From contig JAQGDQ010000991.1 in the NCBI GenBank assembly GCA_030141605.1, forward strand, positions 1 to 64,000: DNA of 64,000 nt. The letters are read 5' to 3'. The notes under the pieces were generated by a model. The model had not been told where the DNA came from and did not search any database. It saw only the letters and a program-made list of their open reading frames with translations. Positions 1 through 14,106 of this stretch are shown here, piece by piece; the first letter of the stretch is position 1; each line of letters opens with the position of its first letter. The stretch comes from Tubiluchus corallicola. Taxonomy: Eukaryota > Animalia > Priapulida. Made by a program: the position numbers and the translations under genes.

Positions 1-35
1 CAGATATCAAGAGTAATGGTGTGAAACTAACTTGC

Positions 36-550
36 TAATGGTCAATAATGTACCAGTATCCTACGTTAGTCAATAATGTACCACTATCCTACGTTAGTCA
101 ATACCAGTATCCTACGTTAGTCAATAATGTATCACTATCCTACGTTAGTCAATAATGTACCAGTATCCTACGTTAGTCAATAATGTACCAGTAGCCTACG
201 TTAGTCAGTAATGTGCAAGCACCCTACATTGGCGAATAATGTACAAGTATCCTACATTGATCAGTAATGTGCCAGTATCCTACGTTAGTCTACATTGGCG
301 AATAATGTACAAGTATCCTACATTGATCAGTAATGTACCAGTATCCTACGTTAGTCTACATTGGCGAATAATGTACAAGTATCCTACATTGATCAATAAT
401 GTGCCAGCACCCAAAATTGGTCAATAATGTACAAGTATCCTACATTGATCAATAATGTACAAGTATCCTACACTGGTCAAGAATGTGCAAGCACCCTACA
501 TTGGTAAATAATGTGCAAGTATTCTACATTAGTCAATAGTGTGCAAGTAT
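36..550. repeat. Minisatellite, unit about 29 bp
   Basis: Repeats of caataatgtaccagtatcctacgttagt / caataatgtacaagtatcctacattgat. Confidence 0.9.
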
Positions 551-1029
551 TGCAGCCGACTAAATGACCAACTGGTCTTTCGCTGCCCTTTCTTCACAAT
601 TTTTTTTCAAATTAATTGTATTATAACTGTATTGTTTATTGTGTTGTGCAAAAAAATAAGAAAAGATCATGATTATGATTATTCTACATTGGTCAATAAC
701 GAGTAAGTACCCTACACTGAGACTTGTTTGTGCAAAACAAGTGGGTGTCGCAACAACGATGACAATGTCTTACAATTTTTATATAATTTCTTAGTGGAAA
801 ACGGCGATATTTTTCAATGCCAAACTATTCAATTTTGCTGTCCCAGTTTGTTCAACGTGCTGCTCGTTTTAATCTTTCATTTCTCTATTCTTTGTTTTTC
901 TCGGGAAATCCAAGTAACTCCAGAAATGTATTTTCCAAAATTTGGTTCCTGTGAATACTATGAATTTTATTATATAATATATAGTATACTATAAATTATA
1001 TATACTTACATATATATATATATATATTT

Positions 1030-1522
1030 ATATAATATAATATAATATAATATAATATAATATAATATAATATAATATAATATAATATAATATAATATAA
1101 TATAATATAATATAATATAATATAATATAATATAATATAATATAATATAATATAATATAATATAATATAATATAATATAATATAATATAATATAATATAA
1201 TATAATATAATATAATATAATATAATATAATATAATATAATATAATATAATATAATATAATATAATATAATATAATATAATATAATATAATATAATATAA
1301 TATAATATAATATAATATAATATAATATAATATAATATAATATAATATAATATAATATAATATAATATAATATAATCAATTAATCAATCAATACAATACA
1401 ATACAATACAATACAATACAATACAATACAATACAATACAATACAATACAATACAATACAATACAATACAATACAATACAATACAATACAATACAATACA
1501 ATACAATACAATACAATACAAT
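1030..1522. repeat. Compound pentanucleotide microsatellite (ATAAT)n then (CAATA)n
   Basis: Directly visible. Confidence 0.97.
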
Positions 1523-2519
1523 AAATATAACTAGTTTAATTAGAGAAATCTACAATAATTCGTTCTGTTCCAAGTCTCCCTGAAGCCTAACTTGACATTA
1601 AGATCTATCCCTAACAAGTTTTACAATCAGACATTAGTTCTAGATTAAACCATTGATTACTGATCCTACAAGAGCGAACGATGAACGGTGATGCTGGTGA
1701 CAACGATGACAATGACAGTCATGATCAAATCTGCGTACGGGTTCTCCTAGATTTGCGACGCTAGCGCTCGCAAATAAAAATCATTCTGAATTTTACCCAC
1801 CTGTGCAAACATTGCAAGATTTTTTACAGTCATATAAGATATCAGTAGACTGGAAGCAGGTACCATTCATGGCCAATGAACTGCAATCAACCAGAGGATC
1901 ATCTTGGCAAAGTTCAGCTAAAACACAATAACGTGGTTCTTTATGAATTACAGTTAGTGCTATCAATGCATAGAAACAAAATTAACTGCAGTGTTTCTAT
2001 TTTTTGTTCTTCACTTGCTGCTGCCAAAATATTAATAACGAATTCTGCTCATTATCGATTTCCAAGAACCACATACAGATGTGCATAGGCCTATATGCTC
2101 CATCAACGAGAGTCAAAAAGGAGAAGCATGTTAATAAGGCATCAGAAACCAGTCAGAAAACTTGCTGTCACTCATCCGTTCACATCGCCTTATAATTTTG
2201 TTAATTATTAATCATCGATATTTTAGTCATAAAGAAATCTTGGTCTTATTATTCTTATATCACCAGACAATACGGATGTTGGCCGCCAGCGTCGTGTGTT
2301 CTACATACGATCAAACAAGCTAATTCGGTATTTTTCTACCTGCAGTACAGAAGTTTAACAGAATACTTATTTAACGATATTTAATTGGGAGACACTACTA
2401 ACAATTAGTATACTGATTTATATGTATAATGTTCGATTGTTAATTATGATTTATTGTATTGTAATATGGACTTTGGTCTAAAGTAAAAGTATTCAATTCA
2501 ATTCAAAAAATTAAACCAA

Positions 2520-3430
2520 AACAGCCACAAATATCGTAGTTACTTCAATTAATCCAAACGAATTTATTGTACCCATGACAACTATAATGATCAACAAATG
2601 TTTTGGCAATACCATTTGCTACTATCAGTGTAACCTAAAATGCGGAATATAATTTGACATAATCAGCATAGTCGTCATTCCCAAAAAGAACAATTCTACA
2701 TAGCGCTAACTTAAATTAGTTATTAGATGATGCTTGTATACGTCAGTATATAGAATTCAAGTATACGTCATTATTTAAAATATTGGCTACAACCTGATTG
2801 TTTAATTTCATTGTACGGTACAAGCTACTATAAGAACGTTTTCTTTCTAACACTTTAAAATGCAGTAAATTCAGTTAGGTTGTATTTGCAATGCACGGAT
2901 ATTTATACCAAAAAATTTGACTATATCTTTATTAACTGCAGTTCTCATGCTTGATAAATTGTAGTTATAAAATCGTCTCCAATGTGATAAACCGTAAATA
3001 TTTAATGTATTAAGTATTAATTTTTTACTATTATTTAGTAGTATTTTTACTACAGGCTGCAAGTAGAGAAAGTCGATATGAGAAAAACAATCGCGTATAC
3101 AATTTTAGTTTCTGGATCATCATAATAATATTATCACAGTCGTCTCGGTCATCATTTGTTAACCAATATCCAATGTATTTTTCTTTGCTATTTTTACTTA
3201 ATACGATGTCATTAAAAGTTATTTTTCCAAAGTTTATACAAGACATAGATTTAGGCCTAATTGTCATAACTTTTGCCTTATTCGTATTCCATATAACATC
3301 GTGATTAGTAGCGTCAGTAGCAAAACAGTCTACAAGAGTCTGAAGAGCAGATATTGTTGTAGCTAAAATACATAAGTCATCAGCATATTTTAAATGATTT
3401 ACAACCTTATTACTAATGTGACAACCAATA
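2520..3430 (-). mobile_element. 5'-truncated degenerate non-LTR retrotransposon (LINE), RT C-terminal part
   Basis: Minus-strand translation IGCHISNKVVNHLKYADDLCILATTISALQTLVDC...WNTNKAKVM...KYIGYWL, with the YADD motif; frameshifts downstream. Confidence 0.85.
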
Positions 3431-4521
3431 ATGTGACAACATGAGAAAGTGCTTCGGCATCATCAATATTTCCTAGCTTTAAGCATTTCTTTGCAAACTT
3501 TTGATATATCACAGGCAGAATTTTATCCTGATAGCAATAGTAATACTGTATTGATTTTAAAATAATTTTAAAAATACATTTTAGTGATTTGCCGAAAGGC
3601 CAGTCAGTTAAAAAATAAAGAGTCCGTTATTAGTAGTTTCACTTGTTGAAAAATTATGTTTAGCAAAAATAAAGGTTTATAACATTATAATTATTTGCAA
3701 CAACAGCCAAGAGGCATAGGTTTTAACATCGTGTTTATTGAATTTTATCGTGTTCATTTTTTCAAAATTATTAAAGTATTAGGGGTAAATATGCTTCTCG
3801 GAAATCGGAATCTGGTAAAGTTCCGCGAATTAGGGCACAAAGTTTGAAAATTAAGGCAAACGTATCATATTTTTGTAATTGTAGCTATGCAACATTGCAA
3901 AGTAACAATGTAGATGTGCAATAAGTGTTTTTCAAAAGTGGGCGTGGTCAGATCACGTGACTCGGCTGAGAGTGTTAAAGTTGGGGTCAATGCAATAGCT
4001 GCATAAGAGCAAGAACTAGAGACACAAAATTTGCAGATTAGACAATTAAGACCGGACAATCAGTTTATGGCGCAGACACTGCAACCTCTAGGTCAAGTAT
4101 TGTAGTGATAGGAACAATAATTTGCTATTCAACTCCACCTACAGCATTAGACTAGGAACCTATGCTTTTGCACGACTGGGTAGGTAGACAAGGGCAGATG
4201 TATGGGAAGTGATTTCCGAAGAGTGGGTAAGGTCAGATTTCCTGACATCAGCATAAGTATTAAAATGGGATCACCTTCATCACTGTTAATGCAAGAGAAA
4301 GAGTCACGAAACTTGCAGGACAGGTACCTGAGATAAATTCTCAAGGGAAGGTGTAGGGACTGTAACGTTAGGTCAAAAGGGCAACGGCACTGGATATTGG
4401 TCAGATTTTCCATTGTCACTCAACTGATCCAAGGACCTAGGGGTTTAAGTTTTTATAGTCCCTATATGGGAGTCCAAATATGAAAATTCAGGCAAAAGCC
4501 TTTGTCGCTGAACTCCTCTTA

Positions 4522-4596
4522 GGGCCTATTTACACGGTGCGTTTTTGATGCATACGTCCGACTCATGCGTCAAAATAGCAGCGTGTAAATAGGCCC
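4522..4596. mobile_element. 75-bp PIF/Harbinger (Tourist-like) MITE
   Basis: Perfect 15-bp TIR GGGCCTATTTACACG...CGTGTAAATAGGCCC with TTA on both sides. Confidence 0.8.
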
Positions 4597-6174
4597 TTAG
4601 AGTATGCGACTAAAAGGGTATATTTTTTACATGTGAGGGTAGACAGTTCATGTCTAATGTGCCACATAAATACTTACTGTTATCACAGATTTTGCAAGAC
4701 TTTCTGCAATTGAACAACATGTAGGCTGGATAAATCTCACAATGTCCTTGGTTAGCCAACTTCTGGCACCGATAGTTATTATCATTGCAATCTGTTAAAA
4801 CAAAAACACTGATTATTTGACATTTAATGTAGCTTCAATCAGTTTTTGTTCTTTCAGTTCATTGTATTGCACGTTATTTCGATACGGCATGTCTTTACTT
4901 CCTTTTTCTTTTCTTTAATTTGTCAATCGTTTTTTGATATTATTTCTTTTGCAATTTTGTGCTGAAAGGTTGCAACTATTGCAAAAAATCATTCTTTGAT
5001 ATGGGCAGACTTAGACATAAATGCACTTATGGCATTGCAGCGAGTAGGGAGCATTGGTAGAAGGAGGTGAACAGAATCGTGTCCCTAGACGTATGATTCA
5101 TTGAATGGTGCTGATGATGATGACGATGATGACGACTATGATGGGCAGACTTAGTTTACTCAAAATCCCTTATTTCTAAAATTCGAAATATTTTTTTTAT
5201 TTTAGACCATTATGCAAACAATGGTTGCAAAATTAGACTTTTTAATGGCATAAGCCTTTAGTTTGAAAATCATAAATTGATTTTGTTCAATTCACGTTTC
5301 CTAGGAACTGCATTCTGCAATAAAACTACAACTTATAACTTTTCAACCCGTGAGTGGTGGGTCAAAGGTCAATCAATCTCCTGTCAACGTATACCGCTCA
5401 TTTCATCTCATCTAGACCATTCCTTTGATGTACAACAAGCTAGTTTCATTTGACAAAAGAAGAATTGGCCCCTCAACCCCAAATTTGCCTCCTAGTGGTG
5501 TCAGAGGTCAATCAATCTTAACGAAAATTATACCATTCAATTCGACTCACGAATACTGCTCCAACTGCCATTCACTTAACCAGAGGTCAGAGTTCAACAC
5601 ACTGTTATCCTTTACGCGTCCAGGGCTAACAAGCACTTTTGACCCAAGGTCACGTATCAAAATGTCACAAATTTGGATTTCATCGGAACGAAATGCAATT
5701 CCTAGCTAATCAAGCATGGGGAATTCATTGAAGCAATTTTTAGATCTTCAGATCCCCGATTCATGGATTGCAGACCCATAACAAGGCAAGTTCCGATCTT
5801 ATTAAAAAATCAATTCCAAGATAATCAAGCATAGCAAATTTAATTAAAATAGAATTATGATCTTCAGCTAGTTTGATTTAACAACAGACATCTCTGACGA
5901 TGCAGACACTGTAAAGATTAATTGCCTGGCGATTTTTTACTAGTCGTGCTGTAATGTAATGTAATTAAAATGCAATGTAATGCATAAATGGAACATTCTG
6001 CAATCTATAAGTTCTGCAAGTATAAAGTAATGTAATATAATGTAATGTAATGTAGCGTAATGTTTCCATTACATTGCATTATATTATGTTACACTACATT
6101 ATATTACACTTGTGAACTTGTAGTTTGCAGAGTCTTCAGTACATAACTTTGTCATAAGCGATCTTCTAGTAGTA

Positions 6175-6668
6175 CAGTGGAGTCTCGTTATAAGAATCAC
6201 CTCGGGAGAAGGCAAAGTGATTCTTATAACAAGCGATTCTTATAACGAGCATGACACAGAATTGCTTTAAAAAAATTTTATGCACATAAAAATTATTTAT
6301 TTCCCGAAATTACGCTAGAAACGACATGAAACAGCAAAACGTTTTTCTGGCCTAAAAAGGACCTAAAAATTACTAGAATAATGTTTTCATTTCATGGTTG
6401 GGTAAATATTTCATGATGCCAGAATTGCCTTAAAATTTTTTTAATGCACATAATTTTTTTCCGCCACGCCCACTGCGCAGAACCTTGTAAGCAGGGCGTG
6501 AGAGACAATGGAGTTGGCGCCAAAATTGATTCTACTATCGAAAAAAGGGTGATTCTTATACGAGCGGATTTTCACTAGGAAAATGCTGAATCAATTCGGG
6601 AAACGCGATTTTGATTCTTATATCGAGCTGATTCTTATACGTCTGATTCTTGTAACGAGAGTCCACTG
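6175..6668. mobile_element. Tc1/mariner-pogo type MITE
   Basis: TIR CAGTGGAGTCTCGTTATAAGAATCA versus CAGTGGACTCTCGTTACAAGAATCA, TA on both sides, subterminal GATTCTTATA repeats. Confidence 0.88.
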
Positions 6669-7199
6669 TATGCCGTTTCTTGATAAAGAGCAAATTTTTT
6701 ATTGTAATTTATACAAACTTTTAAATCTCATAAGGTTAGACACCACTACCGCGGCATACAACAACCTGACATTTCGTCTTGTTAGAAAAACTTACCTGAC
6801 TGAGAAATTGTGTTTACTTCAAAATTTGTCACAGTTAGACAAAGCATGATTACGAACCCAGTAATATACATGATTTAATTATTTTTGCACTTTCATAAAA
6901 CTGACAGCACAACAGAAACCCTTGCAAAAAATATAGCAAATGTTATATCTGGTTATTGTGAATCTGCAAGTCTGTAAATGTTATGCTGTTCAGCATTACA
7001 GCAGTAAGTCACCTTATATGCTCAGCATTGATAGTGCAATGGTTCATGTGACATGTTACTCAAACAATGTTGTTATGTAGCTAAGGAGAACAATAATTAC
7101 AATTTTGTTTATGCATTTTAATACTTCTTATTGTAATAAAAGCTAACGATGACGTCAATGTATTATGAAAACTGCTGTGCAGTAACGAAAAGCGTAGAA

Positions 7200-7560
7200 A
7201 CAATATTTAATGGCGAATACAAATAAAACATATTTACAGCTATTTACAATAATTAAAAATTATGATTTATTTAATTATCAATGTGACCGTGGATATAGAA
7301 ATTTAGAATTGGTATGTATGTTGTTGTACTGGTGCGATGGTATTATATTCTTGTTTGGTTAATTTTACTGATCTTAAATTTGTTTTAAATGCTGATAAGG
7401 ACCTTGTTTGTTAACCTGTAATAGTAGGGAATTCCAAAGTAGAATTGCTTGCTTGACTTGCGAGATGATTCCATAGTGGATACTTGTCCTAATCTTAGCA
7501 TTTTTATTTTGAAACCTGATTTTGAAATACTTATCAATCGTTATTTTAGTGATATAATCG
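7200..7560 (-). mobile_element. Probable LINE (L2/CR1-like) 3' remnant
   Basis: Minus-strand remnant AILLWNSL...SLSAFKTNL, resembling an ORF2 C-terminus. Confidence 0.4.
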
Positions 7561-10085
7561 ACTGGAAGAAAAAAATCCGTAAATTGAAGAGTTTGAGGGA
7601 CAACTAGCCTAGGCTCAACAAACGAACGCGTGTAACATTGTTAAGCTGAACTTGGCAATGTGTTATGTAGCAGGCGTGATGGATGATGTTGCCACCTATT
7701 GCTGAAATTCAGAACAAAGCGTATGAGTCTGTGTAATAGAAGTTTGATTTGTGCTTTTGAGTGTAACTGAAATGAAATGTGTGGTAATCAATTTTAGCTT
7801 TGTAACCTAATAGACTATATCATGCAAGTCACGCGTGACTTCTCTCAATTACATTTCTCTTTGTGAATACCACCGAGAAGACGTTTATTGTACCAATTGA
7901 AATAAGTGATTGCACTTAGCGAGTAACATATATGTTGTTTAATACGAGTTAAAGATCTGGCCAGTCATTGCGGTCATAGTGGGTTTATGCCCAAAACTTT
8001 TGCGGGGTTTGGGTAATTCTACATAATTATTGTAATTAAGCGTAAAGACCTTTTCCACAGCAGATGATGAGCGCTTCTGTGCAATAGGATATTCCTGAAT
8101 GAAAAATACGTTGCTCCATCTGTCAGGAAAAACTTGAAGCTTACTCGACGTTTTTTGGTAACATAATACCTTGGTAAAAATGTCAAAAACTTGTATCTAA
8201 TTTCTATTTTTGCCATCGCAAAAGACTGTGTTATAGAATGATTGAAATGTATTTGAAGTTTAGCATTAAAAGGAGGTGTTTTAAAACTTATTGCTAAGCC
8301 AGACCCACATTTATTGTTAGTTTTTTATAGTCGAAAAAATTTCAATCATATTTTAACTTTAATTTATCGAATTTTAATATATTACCGGCAAACGACGTTG
8401 TAAAAGACGAATGACACACTAAAATAAAAGGGGCAAAATTGTCGGAACGACCGGAATTTTAATGTCGTTACAATATACAGTACTGTATGTTGACAATGTC
8501 TCGACTCTTTATTTAGCAGAAACTAAGTGAAAGATTTGTGTGTTATGTACATATACGCTTAAGTGGCATATAATTATTTTCCTCCGGTGTCAGGAAGACT
8601 ATTATTCTAACCATTGTAAGGTAATTGAGTTGACTTTATCGCTCGTCTGCACACCTTTTCTTGGGTAGTTTTGATCAGGTTCATAGATTTTAGTTTATTT
8701 TGGATGCGCCCCCTTCAACGCAGGTATTACAGAACTAGTAGTTTGTTCCCTTAAGGCTAAAACTTAGCAGAACCTTGTGAGTGTAGTACATGTTGTTGCA
8801 TTCATTACGTAACAGTCTAAGGTGAAACATTTAACTTGGAAGTTTGCTTTTCATGGAAATTATAGGTTGACAGTCAAGTTACTCTGCTGTGTACATGTTC
8901 ATGTGCAAAAACGTTTTTGCAATGTCTGTGAATTGGAACTGGAATAATTGTTGTGCCATATAAATTACACATTAATTGTAGTTTACGCTTTGTCCTAAAC
9001 ACCTCGCTGACAAGGTAAGATTACTATAGAAACAGTATAATGTATTACCGGTTTCTGACAGGTCACTTTACATTCTTTCATTTTTATAAATAAACTAAAA
9101 TGGTTTGAAAACAAGCATGAATTAAATTCATTCTGAAAAGAACTTTTCATAATATCTATTATATAGCCTCATAAGATTTTGGAAAGAGAAGTCAAATCTT
9201 CAAATCGCATGAGAGAGGTAAATTTTGCCTTCAATAATTCGCCAAGAGATCATCATATTAATAGTGACCTGTAAAAGTATATATTACAAAAATAACGAAA
9301 GAATTCCTAAAAATTGTTACTCTGTCAGAACTCACTAAAATTACAGCAAAATTTGAAAAGAAAAACAGTCTTCAATTAAATGTGCATACCGTGAATTTTA
9401 AATGTATATTCACTATTGTTTTCACAGCCCCAAGGGGGCAAAGTAATCGCGATTCACAGTAGTGACTTTCGAGGCTCCCAGTACGCCTAATGCTTAGCCT
9501 TTTTTCCATGTTCCATAAAAGAAAGAATTTCACATCCGGGTGCTAAAGGATTTCTGCCAGCTCAGTGTCTGGCGACTCTGGTCCAAGAAACAGATTCTTA
9601 AAAATGAGTCTGATTGCGATCATGCAAAACCATGTAAAATGTCCTGTTTTCACTGCTGTATCCTGTCTTGTACAAGAAAGTGTAATCACTGTGCATTTTT
9701 GTAGGTGTTAACCCATGCTGGTCAGCTAGTCGTTTTGTAAAGATCAGTATAGTGCATATTTTAAAGTAAGGAATATCGTAGCTTTGTTCGCTGTGAATAA
9801 TGAATACAGTAGTACGTCGAATGTTAGCGTATTATCGACGATTAGTGGGTGCATATGCATGGCGTAGAAACAGTATGTAGATCTACACACTGCTCCAGAC
9901 ACGAATACATTCTCAGCAGGCTTTAAAGTTTATTAAGCGTCTGCGTTCTTGTAAAATGACCGAGGGCTGTCTGAAATACTGGTTTTCGGTTTTATTATTT
10001 TAGTTTGAAATTTTTGTTGGGAATGATGTGTACGCTCCCTAAGCAAGTAGCTAGTGTTTGAACGTACTGCTTAGTGTATACTATA

Positions 10086-11333
10086 ATGGTATCCACCCAT
10101 TTCACCAGTTGACATTTCGTCGGTTTTACAGTTCGCCAAAAGTGTACTTCGCTATTGATACACATTAAAGAGGTACATTTTGCCAGTACACATTCTGCCA
10201 GTGGTGTATTTCGCCAGTAAAATTTCTCTGTTATGTTATTGCTTTATCGTTTAATAAAAAGTTCGCCAATGGTACAGCTTGCCAGTGTGCACCCCGCCAG
10301 TAGTACGGTTCACTAGCAAAATTTCTGTAATGTTATTACAGTAATTGATCCAGTAAAATTTCTTTTTTATGTCATCACTTTTTCCTCTAACAAAATGTTT
10401 TTGTTCGCCTGCAGTTCGCCAGCACACATTTCGGGCTGGTACATCTTGCCAGTAAAATTTCTTTGCCATAATGCATATCTTGGGTTTTATTTGTTTTGTT
10501 AATTTTAGTTTTCATATTAATTTTGGGTTTTATTAACGTTTCATTTTGGCAACAGTTCATTTCGCTGTTCGTACATGCTTCGTACATATTGTTCTGCACT
10601 TCGCTATTGTCCTTACCTTTATTATAAGTATTAATACGTCTCCTATCAGTGATTCATATTTTGCCGTCGATCGATCGTTCTAAATATCATTTGGTATATG
10701 TAATGAAGATTTATTGAAAATCAATGGCTCAGAAGAAACGTTGAGTCAAAGAGCCCCGTACTGCACCTACTTCAAAAGGTGGATTCATTGAAAGTGTACT
10801 AATTGAAATGTAACGTGTTATGAACAATTATCACTTGAGATGGATGATTGGTTTCGTCATTTTTGCTTAGAAGCGATATTCTCATTTAATAATGTAATTG
10901 ATGAAATTGAATTTAAACTAAATACATGCTTTGCGAAAATTGGATTGATGATAACGAATTAATGAATTTGGGCTTAACGGATCAAATCGACTTTATATGC
11001 ATATTAGCGAAATGTACCACTGGCGAACTTTAGCCGAAACAATAAGATAATAACACAACGGAGAAAACTTTACTCGCGAAATGTGTCATTGGCGAAATGT
11101 GTACTGGCGAAATGTGTCACTGGAGAAATGTACGACTGACGAACTGTGCCAATGGTAAACTACATACCTCTGGCGAACTGCACCACCCTCGAAATGTGCA
11201 ACTGGCGAACTGTACCGCTGGGGTAATGTACTCCTGGCGAACTGTACCATTGGCGAAGTGTGCCATTTGTGAAACATGCCACCAGCGAAATGTACCACTG
11301 ACAATATGTGCACTGGCGAAGTGGCATACATTC
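10086..11333. mobile_element. Foldback-like element with inverted arrays of subrepeats
   Basis: Left arm rich in (CA)TTTCGCCAGT, right arm rich in ACTGGCGAA(ATG); TACTATA on both flanks. Confidence 0.65.
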
Positions 11334-11645
11334 TACTATAATACACTTTCACATCAGGCTGTCGTTATTACACGTGTGAGCAGCTTCATAATTAACTGAC
11401 CCTAGAATTTTTCACAAACAATTCTTATTTTTCGGCACTTGGTGCAAGACTTGTTTTCTTCTGCACCAGGGAGCCAGTAAAACGCGCGTCCTTGGACGTT
11501 TTCGCATTTTTTAAGATCATGATATGTGCGTGAAATGAAACGAAAGTTCCAAGTGAAGTGTTGATTTGGTTTAACCAAAGTTCTGACGTTTGTTCACTGC
11601 AGGTGTCGTTAATTTTCGTGCAAGTTGCATCAGCGAAACTCAACA

Positions 11646-11683
11646 ATGACCACTCTGACCGCTACAAATCAAATAAAATTCAG
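11646..11683 (+). CDS. M13 peptidase exon 1 (MTTLTATNQIKFS, short cytoplasmic tail)
   Basis: ATG at 11646, donor AG|gtattt; phase 2 fits the next exon. No homology support, so less certain. Confidence 0.6.
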
Positions 11684-12654
11684 GTATTTTTACGTACTTA
11701 CTCATTTTAACAAGTTGCTAGGCCAAAACCATTCTATTCACGTTGGTTTAATACGATTGACTGTCTTATCAACTTCATTCTTAGGTGCTTCTCACTGTTA
11801 TGTTATTCTGCCGCGGTCCTATTGATTTCTTACTGTTCTAACTAAGGGTTTGTGGTGTTATTTTCACTTGCTCTTATTTTTTTTGCAACTATGTCTGTCT
11901 GTTTGTTTGTTTCATTTGTTTGTTTGAATCATTATTTATTCTGGTGTTTTGGCCAATTCGATTCTCGATTTAAATCCATACAGGTAATTTTTTATGTTTC
12001 ATTTTTAGCATACCAATTATCACGTTAAAATGACGGGATATAAATGAAAATAACAAATGCTAAGCAAGACTAAGTGTAGGATTAGAGATATGGACAATCA
12101 TTCCATTGTTATAAATATCATAGTATTACAGCTTATTTTTATCATTATTTTTTTGTTAAATTTTGTTTTGTTTTTTCCTGCTTAATTTTTGTTATAATTT
12201 AGTTTCATGTTAGTCAGCATTTATTACTGTTAACATGACGGTTATTGTTATTTTCATTTATATCCCGTCATTTTAACTTGATAATTGGTAAGCTAAAAAT
12301 GAAACATAAAAAATTATATGTATGGATTTAAATCGAGAATCTAATTGGCCTAAACACCTGAATCAATAATGATTCAAACAAACAAATGAAACAAACAAAC
12401 AGACAGACATAGTTGCAAACAAATAAAAGCAAATGAAAATAACACCACAAACCTTTAGTTAGAACAATAAGAAATAAATAGGACCGCGGCAGAATAACAT
12501 AACAGTGAGAAGTACTTAAGAATGAAGTTTTAGGCTATCTAGTAGAAAAACTGGAGAGTATAGGACTGTTTGCCTGCTTTTTGTACATTTTACAATGTAA
12601 CCAGAGATTCTAAAATCACCTGTTCTTGAGGAAGTTAATTGCTTTAGTATTATA

Positions 12655-12726
<72 letters not shown>

Positions 12727-13894
12727 TAATAATAATAGTTTATTCTTTAAAACGCAGTCCATCTAAAGATCTCAGTTCTTTATACAATAAAATTAAAAGA
12801 GATAAAAAATCACGAAATCAATCGTAATAAAAAGAATTATGCAGTTACAAATTTAAAAGAAATAGCTGCGTATGCGCCGCATAAAGATTCACAGCTTCAC
12901 AGTTACAGTTTACAGTAAAAATAGTTAGAACAGTTACAGTTTACAGTAGAAATAGTTAGAACAGTTACAGTTTACAGTAAAAATAGTTAGAACAGTTACA
13001 GTTTACAGTAAAAATAGTTAGAACAGTTACAGTTTACAGTAAAAATAGTTAGAACAGTTACAATTTAAAATTTATAGGTCAAAATTTGCACGAAAATGAA
13101 TAGAATGTTTACAAATGAAAATACAGAGCTTAAATTAATGTCTTAATTTAAGTCAAAAATTAAATTTAAATTTGATTTAATTAAACTAAATTAAATTAAT
13201 GAATACACCTACAATATTCATCAATAACTTGTCATGGACGAAAAGTATGCTGTGGGGAGAATCGATAACTGAGTTGTCATTTTTATAAATTTGACAAGCT
13301 CAACGCGCATGTCATGTTCGTTAACACAGTCATCTTCGCTAACACCTAATTTCATCAATCTTTTCATTAAAATTGAAACGTATTTGCAGCTGTGTGATAG
13401 AAGGCAACAAACTTAAAGGACAAGAAAAGTTTTAAATTTTGTTTCATGTTAAATTTCATTTTAAATTTCCCGGGACACTATTCCGAAGTCGCCATTGCTT
13501 GACATCACCTACGCACAACTCAAATCAGAGAAAGAAAACGCAATGTTAAACTATGTCCCAAAAAACTTTCCATGTAAAATTATATTACTTAGCATTTTGC
13601 TTACCTGCTTGAAAGACTTATGTAATTAGAAAAAAATATTAATTATTTAATATTCTTTCACCAATTGATAAAATGTCGCTGACTCACCCTCCAGGGGGCA
13701 CCACTCACTAACAAAAAAACGCATTTTTAATCTTATTGACAATATACAGTAATTTTAAATTTTATTTAGTTAGTGACGTGTGCGCTATGAATGGAGAGTA
13801 TAGGACTGTTTGCCTGCTTTTTGTACATTTTACAATGTAACCAGAGATTCTAAAATCACCTGTTCTTGAGGAAGTTAATTGCTTTAGTATTATA

Positions 13895-13969
<75 letters not shown>

Positions 13970-14070
13970 TAACAATAATATTTATTATTAGTATTATTAT
14001 TGTTGTTGTTGTTGTTGTTATTATTATTATTATTATTATTGTTGTTGTTATTATTATTATTATTATTATT

Positions 14071-14106
<36 letters not shown>

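Noticed and set aside
996-1379. 127-aa (YYIIL)n ORF
   Set aside because: Pentanucleotide microsatellite.
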